DNA of 58,805 nt from Syntrophomonas sp. UBA5288 (GCA_002408445.1 DHSK01000062.1:15689-74493); one strand, 5' to 3'. Shown: positions 18,516 through 28,935, counted from the stretch's first letter. Numbers and translations are program-made. Notes: a model not told the origin generated them from the letters alone.

Positions 18516-18845
18516 TCATCCCCTATGCCCCTTTTTACTATATACCCCACCCATAACCTCGTGTAAATCACTGATGGTAACAAAGGCTTTTTCATCGATT
18601 TCATCTATTATTGATTTTAACTCGGCAATCTCAAATCTCGATATGAGAGAATACAACACAGGCTTTGATTCACCTGAGTAGCCACCTTTTCCTTTGAGAA
18701 AGGTTACTCCTAATCCTAAACGCTCCATTAAAACGTCTGCAATTTCTTCAGATTTATCAGAAATAATCTTAACTTCTTTAGTATCATTCAGACCCTGGAC
18801 AATCAGGTCTATAGTTTTGAAGGCTATAAAATATGCGATTAAAAG
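18516..18845 (-). pseudogene. 5'-truncated YitT-family (DUF2179) membrane protein gene. Only about the C-terminal 110 codons remain.
   Basis: YFIAFKTIDLIVQGLNDTKEVKIISDKSEEIADVLMERLG...VTISDLHEVMGG aligns with the C-terminal third of B. subtilis YitT-type proteins. The N-terminal ORF residues MLCYLLQEENWLL are read from the antisense of the intron fragment. Confidence 0.7.
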
Positions 18846-19261
18846 CCAGTTTTCTTCCTGCAATAAGTAACAAAGCAAAGAAACATATATGGCAGGAAAT
18901 CAAAGGTTGGAGGCTGCTATGGATGACAAATAAGGAATTAACGGAAATAGCAGAGAAATACAATCCTGTGATAGGGGGCTGGCTTAATTATTATGGAAAA
19001 TACGGAAGAGCAGAATTATCCAAAGTATTAGACAGCGTCAATCGACATCTATGCCATTGGATAAGAAGGAAATACAAAAGATACAAACATAAACCGTACC
19101 AAGCCAGATGCCTCTTGAAAAAGATCAGTTTGGGAAACCGAGATCTATTTGCACATTGGAAAGTAGGAATATTACCATCGGCTGGATAATAGGAGCCGTA
19201 TGACATGAGAGTGTCACGTACGGTTCTGTGAGAGGCCGAGGGTGAAACTCCCTCGGTCTAC
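18846..19261 (+). mobile_element. 3' fragment of a group II intron: the C-terminal maturase (X/GIIM) remnant plus ribozyme domains V and VI
   Basis: Maturase motif NPVIGGWLNYYGKYG...HWIRRKY. Canonical 34-nt domain V GAGCCGTATGACATGAGAGTGTCACGTACGGTTC (19193-19226). A domain VI hairpin CCGAGGG/CCCTCGG ends ...GGTCTAC. Confidence 0.8.
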
Positions 19262-20247
19262 TCGACTTCGCAACAAGCAACCGGAAGTAAGCTATGAATT
19301 TATCAAGGAACACAGCTCCGTGTTTCCGGTTGAGAAGATGTGCCAAGTTCTAGAAGTATCGCGGAGCGGCTATTATGATTGGAAAGACAGACTCCCAAGC
19401 AAACGGGAGCTTGAGAACCAAAAAATACTTAAAATTGCCCGAAAAAGTTACGATGAATGTCTTGGTATGTGTGGTCTGGACAAAATTCTTGCTGATGTAA
19501 GGGAAAAGTTTCCCAACTGTAGCCGTAAGAGGCTTTATGAAATTCAGAAGAAGAACCAGCTATATGCTAAACGCAAAAGGAAATTCAAAGCCACAACGAA
19601 TTCGAATCATAAGCTTCCAGTAGCAGAAAACATTTTAAAGCAGAACTTTACGACTGATAGACCGGCTGCCGTATGGGTAACGGATATCAGCTACGTATAC
19701 ACCTATGAAGGCTGGCTGTACCTGGCTACCGTAAAGGATATATTCACCAAGGAAATAGTGGGCTGGGCAACAGACAACAACATGAGAACTGAGCTTTGTA
19801 TCAAAGCCCTAGAAAATGCTGTAAGAAGGCATAACCCGCCCAGGGGAGCCATTCACCATTCCGATAGAGGCGTGCAATACTGCAGTAAAGAATACCAGGC
19901 GACTCTAAAGAAATATGGTATGATTTGCAGCATGAGCCGGAAGGGCAACTGCTATGATAATGCCTGTGCGGAGACATTTTTCAGCACGATTAAATGTGAG
20001 ATGCTTTACCATAAACGCTATATAACAAGGGAGCAGGCTCGCCAGGACATATTCTGGTATATAGAAGTATTCTACAATCGTAAAAGGCGGCACCAAGCCC
20101 TGGGATACATATCTCCAGCTGCTTTTAAACAAAGATACTTGGCGCAAAAAGCGGCTTAATAAAATTGGAAATATAAGATCTTGAGCAATACTGTGAATTA
20201 GTGAGAAAACCTAACTCTAGACTGGCTGTTTTATCGGGAAAACCTCA
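19262..20247 (+). mobile_element. IS3-family insertion sequence remnant. OrfB (DDE/rve transposase) is intact, but orfA and the left end are missing.
   Basis: The ORF 19242-20159 contains [20 protein letters not shown] (HTH_21) and the rve core (WVTDISYV...HHSDRGVQY...[11 protein letters not shown]). Its GTG start lies inside intron domain VI, so it is not a native start. The candidate right end ...GGGAAAACCTCA (TG/CA type) sits near 20247. Confidence 0.75.
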
Positions 20248-20498
20248 TATTGTTGCAATTAATTTTTCAGAAGCAAGATGTTCTCTGGTTGTTATATTTA
20301 ATTTTACCAAAACAGATTTACTACTTTAAATTGAGTAATATTTTCTGGGGAACGGCAATCCTTGGGGGCAAGGCTTTTACGCTTAACAATAATGACGGAT
20401 AGCTTTTAAAAATGTAGTAATAGTTTATACTATGGGATATATGGCTGCCCGGGCAGAAGCCGGGAAAAATTTATCTTTTTTATAAGTGAGGCAAAATT

Positions 20499-21365
20499 AT
20501 GAGCAAACTTGCGGGATCCGGTTGCAAAACAATGGTATCAGCTGAGGAGAGAGCACTGCTGCCAGATATTGAACGAAGTATTATTAAAAAATATAGAAAA
20601 CCAATATGGTCAAAATTCATTAAAGCCATCAAGGATTTTAACCTGATTTCCGATGGGGACAAAATCGCGGTGGCTATTTCCGGCGGTAAAGACAGTACCT
20701 TGATGGCTAAATTGTTTCAAGAACTGCAGCGCCATGGTAATAACAATTTCGAATTGCAATTTATTGTGATGGATCCAGGATATCATGAAGATATAAAAAA
20801 ATTGCTGATTAGTAATTGCGAATACTTAAAAATACCTATTCATCTCTTTGAATCCAATATTTTTAAAATCGTAGACGATATTGCCCAGGATTATCCCTGC
20901 TATATGTGCGCTAAGATGCGCCGGGGTGCTTTATATTCCCAAGCCCGGGAATTAGGATGCAATAAATTGGCCTTGGGACATCATTTTAATGATGTTGTTG
21001 AAACCACTCTTTTAAATATGTTTTATGCCGGCTGCTTTAAAACCATGCTGCCCAAGTTAAAATCAAGCCATTTTCAGGGCTTGGAGCTGATTCGACCGCT
21101 TTATTATGTGGAGGAGAAATATATTGAGAATTTCACGCAGGAAAGCGGAATTTGGCCTTTAAATTGTGCCTGTATGGTGGCAGCCGAAAAGACCGGTAAT
21201 AAGCGCTACGAGATTAAAGACTTAATTCAGGAGTTAAAGAAAAAGTATAAAAATATTGATAAACTGATTATGAAAGCAACGCAAAACGTGAATATGGATT
21301 GTATTTTAGGCTGGCAAAAGGAAGGGAAAAAATATTCCTACCTGGATTATTATGATGAAGAATAA
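20499..21365 (+). CDS. PP-loop ATPase of the TtcA/TilS type (tRNA thiolation family)
   Basis: SGGKDS PP-loop, and Cys motifs PCYMCAKMRR and CACM. Confidence 0.75.
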   Translation: MSKLAGSGCKTMVSAEERALLPDIERSIIKKYRKPIWSKFIKAIKDFNLISDGDKIAVAISGGKDSTLMAKLFQELQRHGNNNFELQFIVMDPGYHEDIKKLLISNCEYLKIPIHLFESNIFKIVDDIAQDYPCYMCAKMRRGALYSQARELGCNKLALGHHFNDVVETTLLNMFYAGCFKTMLPKLKSSHFQGLELIRPLYYVEEKYIENFTQESGIWPLNCACMVAAEKTGNKRYEIKDLIQELKKKYKNIDKLIMKATQNVNMDCILGWQKEGKKYSYLDYYDEE

Positions 21366-21462
21366 CCCGGTGCAATCCGCGGCTGCAGGCGTATTTTATC
21401 CCTTACCGCTACCGCCATGATCTGGTGGAGTTTAAAAGCCCCGCGATACTGACAGAAAAAAT

Positions 21463-21506
21463 AAAGGGATCGACGACTTTTGAGTAAGTCATCGATCCCT
21501 TTTTGC
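21463..21506. terminator. Bidirectional terminator between convergent ttcA-like and SLH genes
   Basis: AAAGGGATCGACGAC-loop-GTCATCGATCCCTTT, flanked by A-rich and T-rich runs. Confidence 0.7.
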
Positions 21507-21553
21507 CTGGTAGTCCGTGGGTTTGGTTTAACCGGGGGAGCAGAGGATAGACT

Positions 21554-23998
21554 TTATCCTCGTAGCATGATTAATTTATAAATAACGGTTGCTGCTTCCG
21601 CCCGGGTTGCATTACCCTGCGGTTTGTAATCGCCTTCCGGATATCCGCCCATGATACCGGAGGATACGATCTTGTTAACAGCGTCTACAGCCCAGGGACT
21701 GATCAGCTTACTGTCTGTAAAGGACACCCCCGCGTTCATTCCCGGAAGAGCTAAGCTGGTGTTGGTGCTGAAATTATCCAGCATGATCGCCATCTGCTCT
21801 CTGGTTATCTTTTCATTCGGAGCAAAAGTGGTTTCGTCCATGCCTTTTACAATTCCTGTTTCAAAACCCCAGTTGACGTAGTTATAATACCATTCCGCAG
21901 CGGGGACGTCAGCAAAACCAGCCGGCGTCGCCTGAGTTACGTCCAAGCCAGAGAGGGTCTTGGCCAGCATGGTCAGGAATTGGGCTCGGGTGAGAGAATC
22001 ATCCGGTAAATAGTAATTATTGCCCATCCCGTTTACAATTCCTCTTGCCGCCAGTTTCCCGATATAGTCTCTGGCCCAATGTGTCGCCGTATCCGCAAAG
22101 TCAATGCTGGCGGCGCCGACCTGAACGGGTATGGTCTGTTGTACGCCATTATATTCTACATAGATATTGCCGGATATTCCGGATTGATTCGTCGCTTGAA
22201 AAAGCCCGTTGGCATCGATCGTACCGATGGCAGGATCGCAGGTCCAGGTAAACAGGCTGTCCTTGCTGGCAATCGGAGCATATCCGAAATTCGCCGTTAC
22301 ATTGATATCGAAGGATTTCCCCGGATCAATCGTCATATTCTGCACATTGGCCGTAAAGGTTATATTGTTTTGAATATCGACCTGGGCCGTTGTATGAAGA
22401 TCTCCGCTGGCCGCTTCAATCACAGCCGTTCCGGTGACGTTTCCGGCGGTAAAGAGACCGTTCTGGGTTACGGAATTGCCCGTATTGGTATCAACCCGGT
22501 ATGCTACTCCATTTCTCAGCGCAACCGGCTCATATTTGCCGTTGGACGCGTAGGTTGTCAGTTGAATATCTGCCCCCGGCATGGCCAGAGGCTGACTGGG
22601 ATAAGTATGTAAATGCTCCGCGCTGGAATTTCCGCTCTGATTATATACCAGCAGCAGACCATTGCTGGTTTTTCTCTGGTTTTTACCGGAAGGAGAATTC
22701 TTGGCAACTGCCGTGAAATCGATTCCTCCTTTTCGCACGGCCATGACCGAAGAGCCGCCTCCATCCATATTCACCACCGTGCTGCAGCCCAGAGCAACCA
22801 GGTGCTTAGCTGTATCCGTCAGTCCCAGGCCGGCTGAAAAACCAGGCTGTCTGCCGTCAAGCACATACAGCATGAGGGAGCCGTCCGGTTTTATACCGAT
22901 AATGGTTCGAGGATTTAAGTTTGTTCCGCCGGTAATAAATTGACCTTGATCATAAAGCACGTAGTATACGCCTAGTGCTTCCCGGCTTTGGGCCAAATTT
23001 CCGCCGCCCCAATCATTTACGGAAATCTCTACCGTACTTCCGGGAATCAACTGAGCCAGTGGAACCGCATAAGCTGAATCCCCGGCGGCTGAAAGCACCA
23101 GCTGATTGTCACCGATGGGCGTATTGTAATTACCGTTTCTGACTTCGGCCACGGTTGCCGTTATTGTACCCCCTACTGTCAGTTCCGTATTTTCCGGTGA
23201 GCCCGCATCCAATATTACTTCCACAGAATTTTCGGAGGTTTGGGTGGTGTAGGAGTATTGGCGGTTATACAGGTGCAAAGCCTTGGCTGAGCCGTGGGGA
23301 ACGTTGAAATAGCCAATATCCGCAGTATATGGCGTCGGTACGTAAATCGTCTGTTGCTCAGTAGCAGGTTCTTCCGACTGAACCGAATCTTCCGCCTGGA
23401 TCTCATCTGTGGTTTGGGTTTCATTTGTTTGGACTGAATCTTCCGGCTGAGTCGGATCTGTTGGTTGGACCGGATCTGTAACCGGAGTTGTAATAATGGT
23501 GGGAACGTTGATAGTTCCCTTCAGGCTATAGCCCAGATTTACCTTTTCCAAAGAAGCGGTGCCGTTTTCGTTGAAGGATATCACATATTCCGGAGCATAT
23601 CCGGAGGTTTTGATCTTACCGTTATGAATGGTCAGCCCCTTTGGTGTTCCGGAGGCAGTGTCATAAAGATCTCCATTGATACCCGCTACGACCTTGTAAC
23701 CCTGGCTTTCCAGGGTGTTGATCATGGTATTCATCGTATAGGTTCCGGTCACTTCACCTTCAAATACATAAGGCTTTAAATCCGTGCCCTGGGTATCCGC
23801 GTTGACAAAATACGCCCTTTCAATACCGTTGACACTATGTCCCCCCAGTTGTTCGTGATAACTGGCGTTATCATAAATTTCCGATTGGGTCTCAGAATAG
23901 ACATATTCTATACCTTGCTGATATGTAAATCCGGTTAAAAATGTCCCCGCCAGCATGGTAAATGCCAGGATAACTGCTTTGAATTTTCTACGGTTCAT
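21554..23998 (-). CDS. Large cell-wall-anchored protein: signal peptide, phosphodiester-glycosidase-like domain, Ig-like repeats and three C-terminal SLH domains
   Basis: N-terminal signal MNRRKFKAVILAFTMLAG. Low-complexity P/T/Q/E linker. C-terminal SLH repeats (FADTATHWARDYI..., FADVPAAEWYYNYV..., FTDSKLISPWAVDAVN...). Confidence 0.8.
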   Translation of the reverse strand: MNRRKFKAVILAFTMLAGTFLTGFTYQQGIEYVYSETQSEIYDNASYHEQLGGHSVNGIERAYFVNADTQGTDLKPYVFEGEVTGTYTMNTMINTLESQGYKVVAGINGDLYDTASGTPKGLTIHNGKIKTSGYAPEYVISFNENGTASLEKVNLGYSLKGTINVPTIITTPVTDPVQPTDPTQPEDSVQTNETQTTDEIQAEDSVQSEEPATEQQTIYVPTPYTADIGYFNVPHGSAKALHLYNRQYSYTTQTSENSVEVILDAGSPENTELTVGGTITATVAEVRNGNYNTPIGDNQLVLSAAGDSAYAVPLAQLIPGSTVEISVNDWGGGNLAQSREALGVYYVLYDQGQFITGGTNLNPRTIIGIKPDGSLMLYVLDGRQPGFSAGLGLTDTAKHLVALGCSTVVNMDGGGSSVMAVRKGGIDFTAVAKNSPSGKNQRKTSNGLLLVYNQSGNSSAEHLHTYPSQPLAMPGADIQLTTYASNGKYEPVALRNGVAYRVDTNTGNSVTQNGLFTAGNVTGTAVIEAASGDLHTTAQVDIQNNITFTANVQNMTIDPGKSFDINVTANFGYAPIASKDSLFTWTCDPAIGTIDANGLFQATNQSGISGNIYVEYNGVQQTIPVQVGAASIDFADTATHWARDYIGKLAARGIVNGMGNNYYLPDDSLTRAQFLTMLAKTLSGLDVTQATPAGFADVPAAEWYYNYVNWGFETGIVKGMDETTFAPNEKITREQMAIMLDNFSTNTSLALPGMNAGVSFTDSKLISPWAVDAVNKIVSSGIMGGYPEGDYKPQGNATRAEAATVIYKLIMLRG

Positions 23999-24649
23999 AA
24001 TACGACATCCTCCATAATTTTCATACTATTTTAGTACTTTGGTCTAATTTCCATTCTATCACCGGCATTCCAAGCTTTTCAAGCTGCAATTACGCTTACT
24101 TGAGGACAGCAGATTGGCCTGGGCGGATTCTGCATCGTACCGCTGGATTTGCTGGTCATTTTGGCAGCAAAAAGGTTCGGAACCAGCAAATGGCAGTAAA
24201 GCGCTTTTTTCCTTTACTTGACAAGGGTAGTAAAACCGGCATAGTTACATTAGAAATAGAATTGCTATGGTTAATTATATCAATTGGAGTGATGTTTAAA
24301 TGACGATACCAGAATAGGGAGCAAAGAAAGGCCAAAAGAGGATAAACCTATATTCCTTTCCATTGGTTATTCCTGACCTTTTGGGGTCATATATTTTGTG
24401 AAAGTATAGGTGCTATTTATTTACATGCCACTCCGATTTTTGAAACTCTCGCAATTCCACATCGAGTATGTCTTGAGTGTCTTAACAAAAGCTACTGCAA
24501 TAGTGTCTTTGTGTACATTCCCACATATGGTATATTACATAATAGGCTAATTCTTCCTTTAGCTTGTAGCTCTGTACGGCTTAGTATAACCTACATTTCA
24601 CCATTTGAGTGGCTGCCCCTTCCATTATGTCTTGTTAGCGAAAGGATTG

Positions 24650-25768
24650 CTATTGCCATGTGCCACAACCATCTAAAGGCAAAATTATAGATTCACCAGT
24701 CAGCTCTTTTGATTCAGTGATATTGCCCGCTTTGTAGGCTGATATCTTGTGCTGTTTTTTATCCAGACGGATTTCACCTATGCACTGGTCATCCTTAAGT
24801 GCCCAGACTCTCTCTTCATCACGGTTGGTAAATGAAACTAAAAGAAGCCCTTGATATGATCTATAGCGAGGTGATACATTATCTGGATTATCACTATTAT
24901 CATCTTTCGGAAATGAATTGTACAGATCATTAATCGGTTTATAGTCTGATAGTTTGATATATTGGGAATCAAGATCCACTACCATGGCTATATTACAGCC
25001 AGAATTTATAAACACCCGATTTCCTGTTTTAACTTCTCTTGCACCAGCCCCTGCAATGAAGCTGCAACTACTTCCGTAAACTTCTTTCCAGTCCACCTTA
25101 TCACCCTGAACCGTGGCTAGAAGCAATTTGCCGATTGCTTCCTGTGAGGAAAGATTCTGCTGATCATATGCGACTAATAGGGTATAGTTACTTGGAGTTC
25201 CAAATATCATTATTGGTAAAAAACCACCGATATTAATAATATTCGCGGGAACATTGATGGATTTTCTACTGGCAGTATTACCATCGCGAGTTTCCACTAC
25301 GATATTGCTATTACCCTGCGAAGGTTCTTCAATATAACTAATCATTATGGTATCGCTTCCAGGGACCTTATACACAACCTGCTGGCAAAATGTTTCTGGG
25401 GGAGTTGTAAGATTTATGACATTATACCCGTTGAATCCTGTTGCAAGGTTGTCAGGGTGCGCCATCGATACCAGAACCGTTTTGTTCCCATCCCAAATCA
25501 AATGCAAATTTAACGAATCTAATTCGTCCGTACCTAAGTTCGCAATAGCGTTAGTGCCGACCACAACGGATCCTTTTTTTATATCCCAGGAAAGGCTATA
25601 TAGATTCAAAGATCCCTGGTCATTAACACTGCAATACAATAAAGGAATACCGGTGACTGCACTTTTACTAATGTCGTCCGTGGGTAAGTCCTTTCTACAA
25701 GCAGTTATTAAAAATGACAAAAGAATAAAAACCATCAAAATGGCAATAGAAAAACGTCTAACCAACAT
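24650..25768 (-). CDS. Hypothetical lipoprotein
   Basis: Signal peptide with lipobox LITAC. No recognisable catalytic motif. Confidence 0.6.
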   Translation of the reverse strand: MLVRRFSIAILMVFILLSFLITACRKDLPTDDISKSAVTGIPLLYCSVNDQGSLNLYSLSWDIKKGSVVVGTNAIANLGTDELDSLNLHLIWDGNKTVLVSMAHPDNLATGFNGYNVINLTTPPETFCQQVVYKVPGSDTIMISYIEEPSQGNSNIVVETRDGNTASRKSINVPANIINIGGFLPIMIFGTPSNYTLLVAYDQQNLSSQEAIGKLLLATVQGDKVDWKEVYGSSCSFIAGAGAREVKTGNRVFINSGCNIAMVVDLDSQYIKLSDYKPINDLYNSFPKDDNSDNPDNVSPRYRSYQGLLLVSFTNRDEERVWALKDDQCIGEIRLDKKQHKISAYKAGNITESKELTGESIILPLDGCGTWQ

Positions 25769-26015
25769 GATAATCCTCCCTTAAAAACAAAAGATACTCA
25801 AACAGCCTAAATTGATACTTGATTGTTCCAAAGACAAATAAACTGCGGGTAAGTTTCTTGGGCATTAACCGATAAAGCATCTAGCTTTGTTTTACTTAGT
25901 TTTAATCCCGAACAAATGGTTAGAAGAAATACACCCTGTTTATGGTAGGAAAACCATGAAAAAGAACTGACCTAGCAAGCTTTTTGTAGCCTGCTAGGTT
26001 TTTGATTTTATACAA

Positions 26016-27149
26016 TTATGCTACCTGGGGCACTTGGTAGTAATCCATAGTGTCATAATAAGGGACCCAATATTTATCGTTGGTATGGGCATTAGCAAGC
26101 CGACTTTGTCCATCGTTATACACCATTAATTCTACATGTTCTTTTCCGTGCACCTTCATTGGATAACCAGCAACGCAAGTATTAGCTGTAGCCGAATAAA
26201 TATATCCCTTATTTAACATATAACTAATTAGGGTATTAGCTTGGATCCATGAAAGACTGCCAGGACACCAGGTACTATCTGTCGGAATGCCACCCGTGTA
26301 AAGGCATTGGGATACATAATTAGCGCAATCATTACAATTATAATAAGTGTATTGAGAGTTATAGTGTGAAGCATCTTGTGTTGTTGAACTGCCTGATTTA
26401 CAAACTTTAGTTGTATTAGAAGAATAACCATAGTCACGAGCCTCTAGTCTATCGTAAATGAAAGGTACGACAGCAGTTGGGGCGATATTATCATTCTGAC
26501 TCTTGGTTTGCAGCTCCTGAACCTGGGCCTTTAAACCATCATAGCCATTCTTCTCGGCTTCGTCCGGTGTGGTTATATTTGATAGTGTATAGGGTATCCA
26601 TTCTCTCGCTTCATTCATAACATAAAATGCCACCGACTCTTTGCTTAGTTTCCCGTTACTGTCTATAGATCCTTCTGCTTTTATGAGGTTATTATAAGGC
26701 AATGGAGTTGTAATGTATGTTTGGAGGTCTGATTTCCACATGGCTATATCTTTGTTAATTGAATTCAAGGATTGCCCCGATATCTTATTATCTGCCACAT
26801 ACTGTAACTTTCCTTTCATTATGGGAACGTCTTCCGGGGATGAGTAATCTAATAGATGAGTCGCATGAATGTCAAATATAGCTGATACTTTAGAATCGGA
26901 GTTTTCTATCGACTGTAAAGTGATTGTGGAATCTACCAGTTTCCAATGTCTTGCTACCATTTCTTGTTTTAATAAATCATTTACCTGACTCTGCATTTGG
27001 TCGCTTAAATCCGAGTTAGATATACTGGCATCGCTTTTGGTAAACCCAGCTAAAAAAGATAATGTCAAAACCATCATTAGTGCCACGAAACCTGCAAAAG
27101 GTTTGTGCTTTCTTACTGACTTACTCATTTTTTTCTCCTTTCTTTCCAA
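26016..27149 (-). CDS. Secreted protein with a C-terminal Cys-rich putative amidase (Amidase_6/NlpC-like) domain
   Basis: Signal/TM segment FAGFVALMMVLTLSFLAG. C-terminal NCNDCANYVSQCLYTGGIP resembles the DCxNFVSQ catalytic-Cys motif of the putative amidase domain. Confidence 0.6.
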   Translation of the reverse strand: MERKEKKMSKSVRKHKPFAGFVALMMVLTLSFLAGFTKSDASISNSDLSDQMQSQVNDLLKQEMVARHWKLVDSTITLQSIENSDSKVSAIFDIHATHLLDYSSPEDVPIMKGKLQYVADNKISGQSLNSINKDIAMWKSDLQTYITTPLPYNNLIKAEGSIDSNGKLSKESVAFYVMNEAREWIPYTLSNITTPDEAEKNGYDGLKAQVQELQTKSQNDNIAPTAVVPFIYDRLEARDYGYSSNTTKVCKSGSSTTQDASHYNSQYTYYNCNDCANYVSQCLYTGGIPTDSTWCPGSLSWIQANTLISYMLNKGYIYSATANTCVAGYPMKVHGKEHVELMVYNDGQSRLANAHTNDKYWVPYYDTMDYYQVPQVA

Positions 27150-27193
27150 TAAAGGTCAAGCTTCTTCACCAAATATCCTACCCGCATAAGAAA

Positions 27194-27571
27194 TCATTTT
27201 TTATACTTAATTCGGAAAAGAATGATACATAATACTAACCATGTTATGGTGAAGATTACAGCCGCTGCCAAGCAATAGTAACAGAACGAAGGTGCAAAGA
27301 GATATTGAACGATTTGTAAACAAATAGAAACCCCTGCACAGATGCTGGTGATTAAGAAAGAAAGTATATATCTTTCCCGAGCTATAAATACAGCTAAAAT
27401 ACCGGACGTAAATGCACCACTTATTGCTATGAATACTCCTGCGTACGGGATTCCTATCCAAGCATCATTACTGCACGGAAAGCACTGTGCAGACGATTCA
27501 TATTTGACCCATGCAGTAAATATTAGTAATACGACATTTCCCAATGGAAGAAGTGAAGCATTAGGATACAA
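27194..27571 (-). CDS. Small 4-TM membrane protein with two CxxC motifs, possibly a VKOR/DsbB-like thiol oxidoreductase
   Basis: Loop motif QCFPC after TM1 and FCYYC at the start of TM4. TTG start preceded by GAGGTGAGG. Confidence 0.45.
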   Translation of the reverse strand: MYPNASLLPLGNVVLLIFTAWVKYESSAQCFPCSNDAWIGIPYAGVFIAISGAFTSGILAVFIARERYILSFLITSICAGVSICLQIVQYLFAPSFCYYCLAAAVIFTITWLVLCIILFRIKYKK

Positions 27572-28313
27572 TTACCTCACCTCGTTAAAAAGTTCTCACT
27601 GAAAACAGTTCCCTGTAAAGTCCTGTTTATTAAAGGTATCTTTTATTTTTGAAATTTAATCACCTTTTCGGAATAATTGCTATTTCTTACTCTTCCCCCT
27701 CCCTTTTAAAAATCTTAAAATGACATGTTTAGCATAATGGGTACATATATGGAGTTTCGAACTAAATGTCCGGTACTCTAGCGTGTAGCATATCATTCAC
27801 CTCCTTTACAGAGATATCTCAATAAAGTGATAATTATATAAGAATTACCATTCATTAGTATAAAATTGCGGTATTTATTAATGACCATCTTGGCCACCGC
27901 ATCTATATTCAATATTAACCATGAAAATTTTTCCTCTGCTTATTACATTCCATTTCTCTGCTGAAATCACACCTTTTATTTAAAAAATTTTTAGATGTTC
28001 TTGTAAAACAATGGTAGAGAAGGCCTATATACATCATTCTTTTATTTAAGAAACGGTATTTCAAAAAGGATGATACGACCAGCTAATAAGCAGGCTTTCG
28101 ATTGCAGCAGGAATAATCATGAGCAATTTTTTCAACTTCGCCTATTGATACTGGTGAATTTAGCATTCAATTTTGTACCAGAAGATCCGGATGTACGATA
28201 AGCATCTCCGTCACTGGTAATTTACGATATAATTAATCTGAAGATCATTACTTTCTTGGTAATTATTTGCTCGTTTTTATAGAAATTGTCGTTGGAAAGA
28301 GGAGGGAGGAACG

Positions 28314-28868
28314 ATGGCAAAGGATTATAAACATGAAGGAGACTTTTACGAAAATCTATGCAATCAATACTTTGAGCGGATTTATTCTTATTGCAAAAGG
28401 CTGGTCAAGGGTCAGGAGCAATTTATGGATTTTGTAGAGGATTGCACGCAAAATACATTTTTAGAGGCCCGTAAACAGATCTCCCGTTTAAGGGACCATC
28501 CCAACGTAGAAGGCTGGTTGTATACTACAGCGCGGAATTTGATCAACCGTTCTTATCGGAGCATGTATATAAAAAAAAAGCATGAGGTAATGATGGATGA
28601 GAATATCACCGGCAATTTAATGGAATTCGATCATGATTCGGAAGAACTTTTTAATAGCAGCGTGGATGGGGACAGGCTGTGCGCTGACATATTGGGTCAA
28701 CTCAACGCCCATGAATCTGATTTATATAAAGATTACTATAAAGACAACATGTCGATCTCAGAGCTCGCTAGAAAATACGATGTCTCAGCCACCGCCATAA
28801 CTACAAGGATTTACCGGTTAAAAAAAAAGATCAAAAATCTCGTCTACGATCATTTTAAAGAAAACTGA
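28314..28868 (+). CDS. Sigma-70-family (ECF-like) RNA polymerase sigma factor
   Basis: Region 2-like FVEDCTQNTFLEA and region 4 HTH MSISELARKYDVSATAITTRIYRLKKK. Strong SD GAGGAGGGAGG. Confidence 0.8.
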   Translation: MAKDYKHEGDFYENLCNQYFERIYSYCKRLVKGQEQFMDFVEDCTQNTFLEARKQISRLRDHPNVEGWLYTTARNLINRSYRSMYIKKKHEVMMDENITGNLMEFDHDSEELFNSSVDGDRLCADILGQLNAHESDLYKDYYKDNMSISELARKYDVSATAITTRIYRLKKKIKNLVYDHFKEN

Positions 28869-28935
28869 AAAGATTTTTAAAAAATATGTGATTTTCTATG
28901 GTTTGTGGAATGTCATAAGTAGAAGGGAGAAAATT

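Noticed and set aside
19242-19261. The GTG start of the IS3 transposase ORF as given by the ORF track
   Set aside because: These codons lie inside group II intron domain VI. IS3 OrfB is normally made by frameshifting from orfA, which is absent here, so this is not a genuine initiation site.
21651-23779. Multiple plus-strand ORFs (such as 22079-22612 at 177 aa, and 23465-23779) inside the SLH protein gene
   Set aside because: They are antisense shadow ORFs within a long, well-supported minus-strand gene. They have no SD, no motifs and a biased composition.
24100-24303. A 67-aa plus-strand ORF in the spacer upstream of the SLH gene
   Set aside because: It has no SD, an odd composition and no motif. 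The region more likely holds the SLH gene promoter and 5' UTR, including a 9-bp hairpin TTTGCTGGT/ACCAGCAAA.
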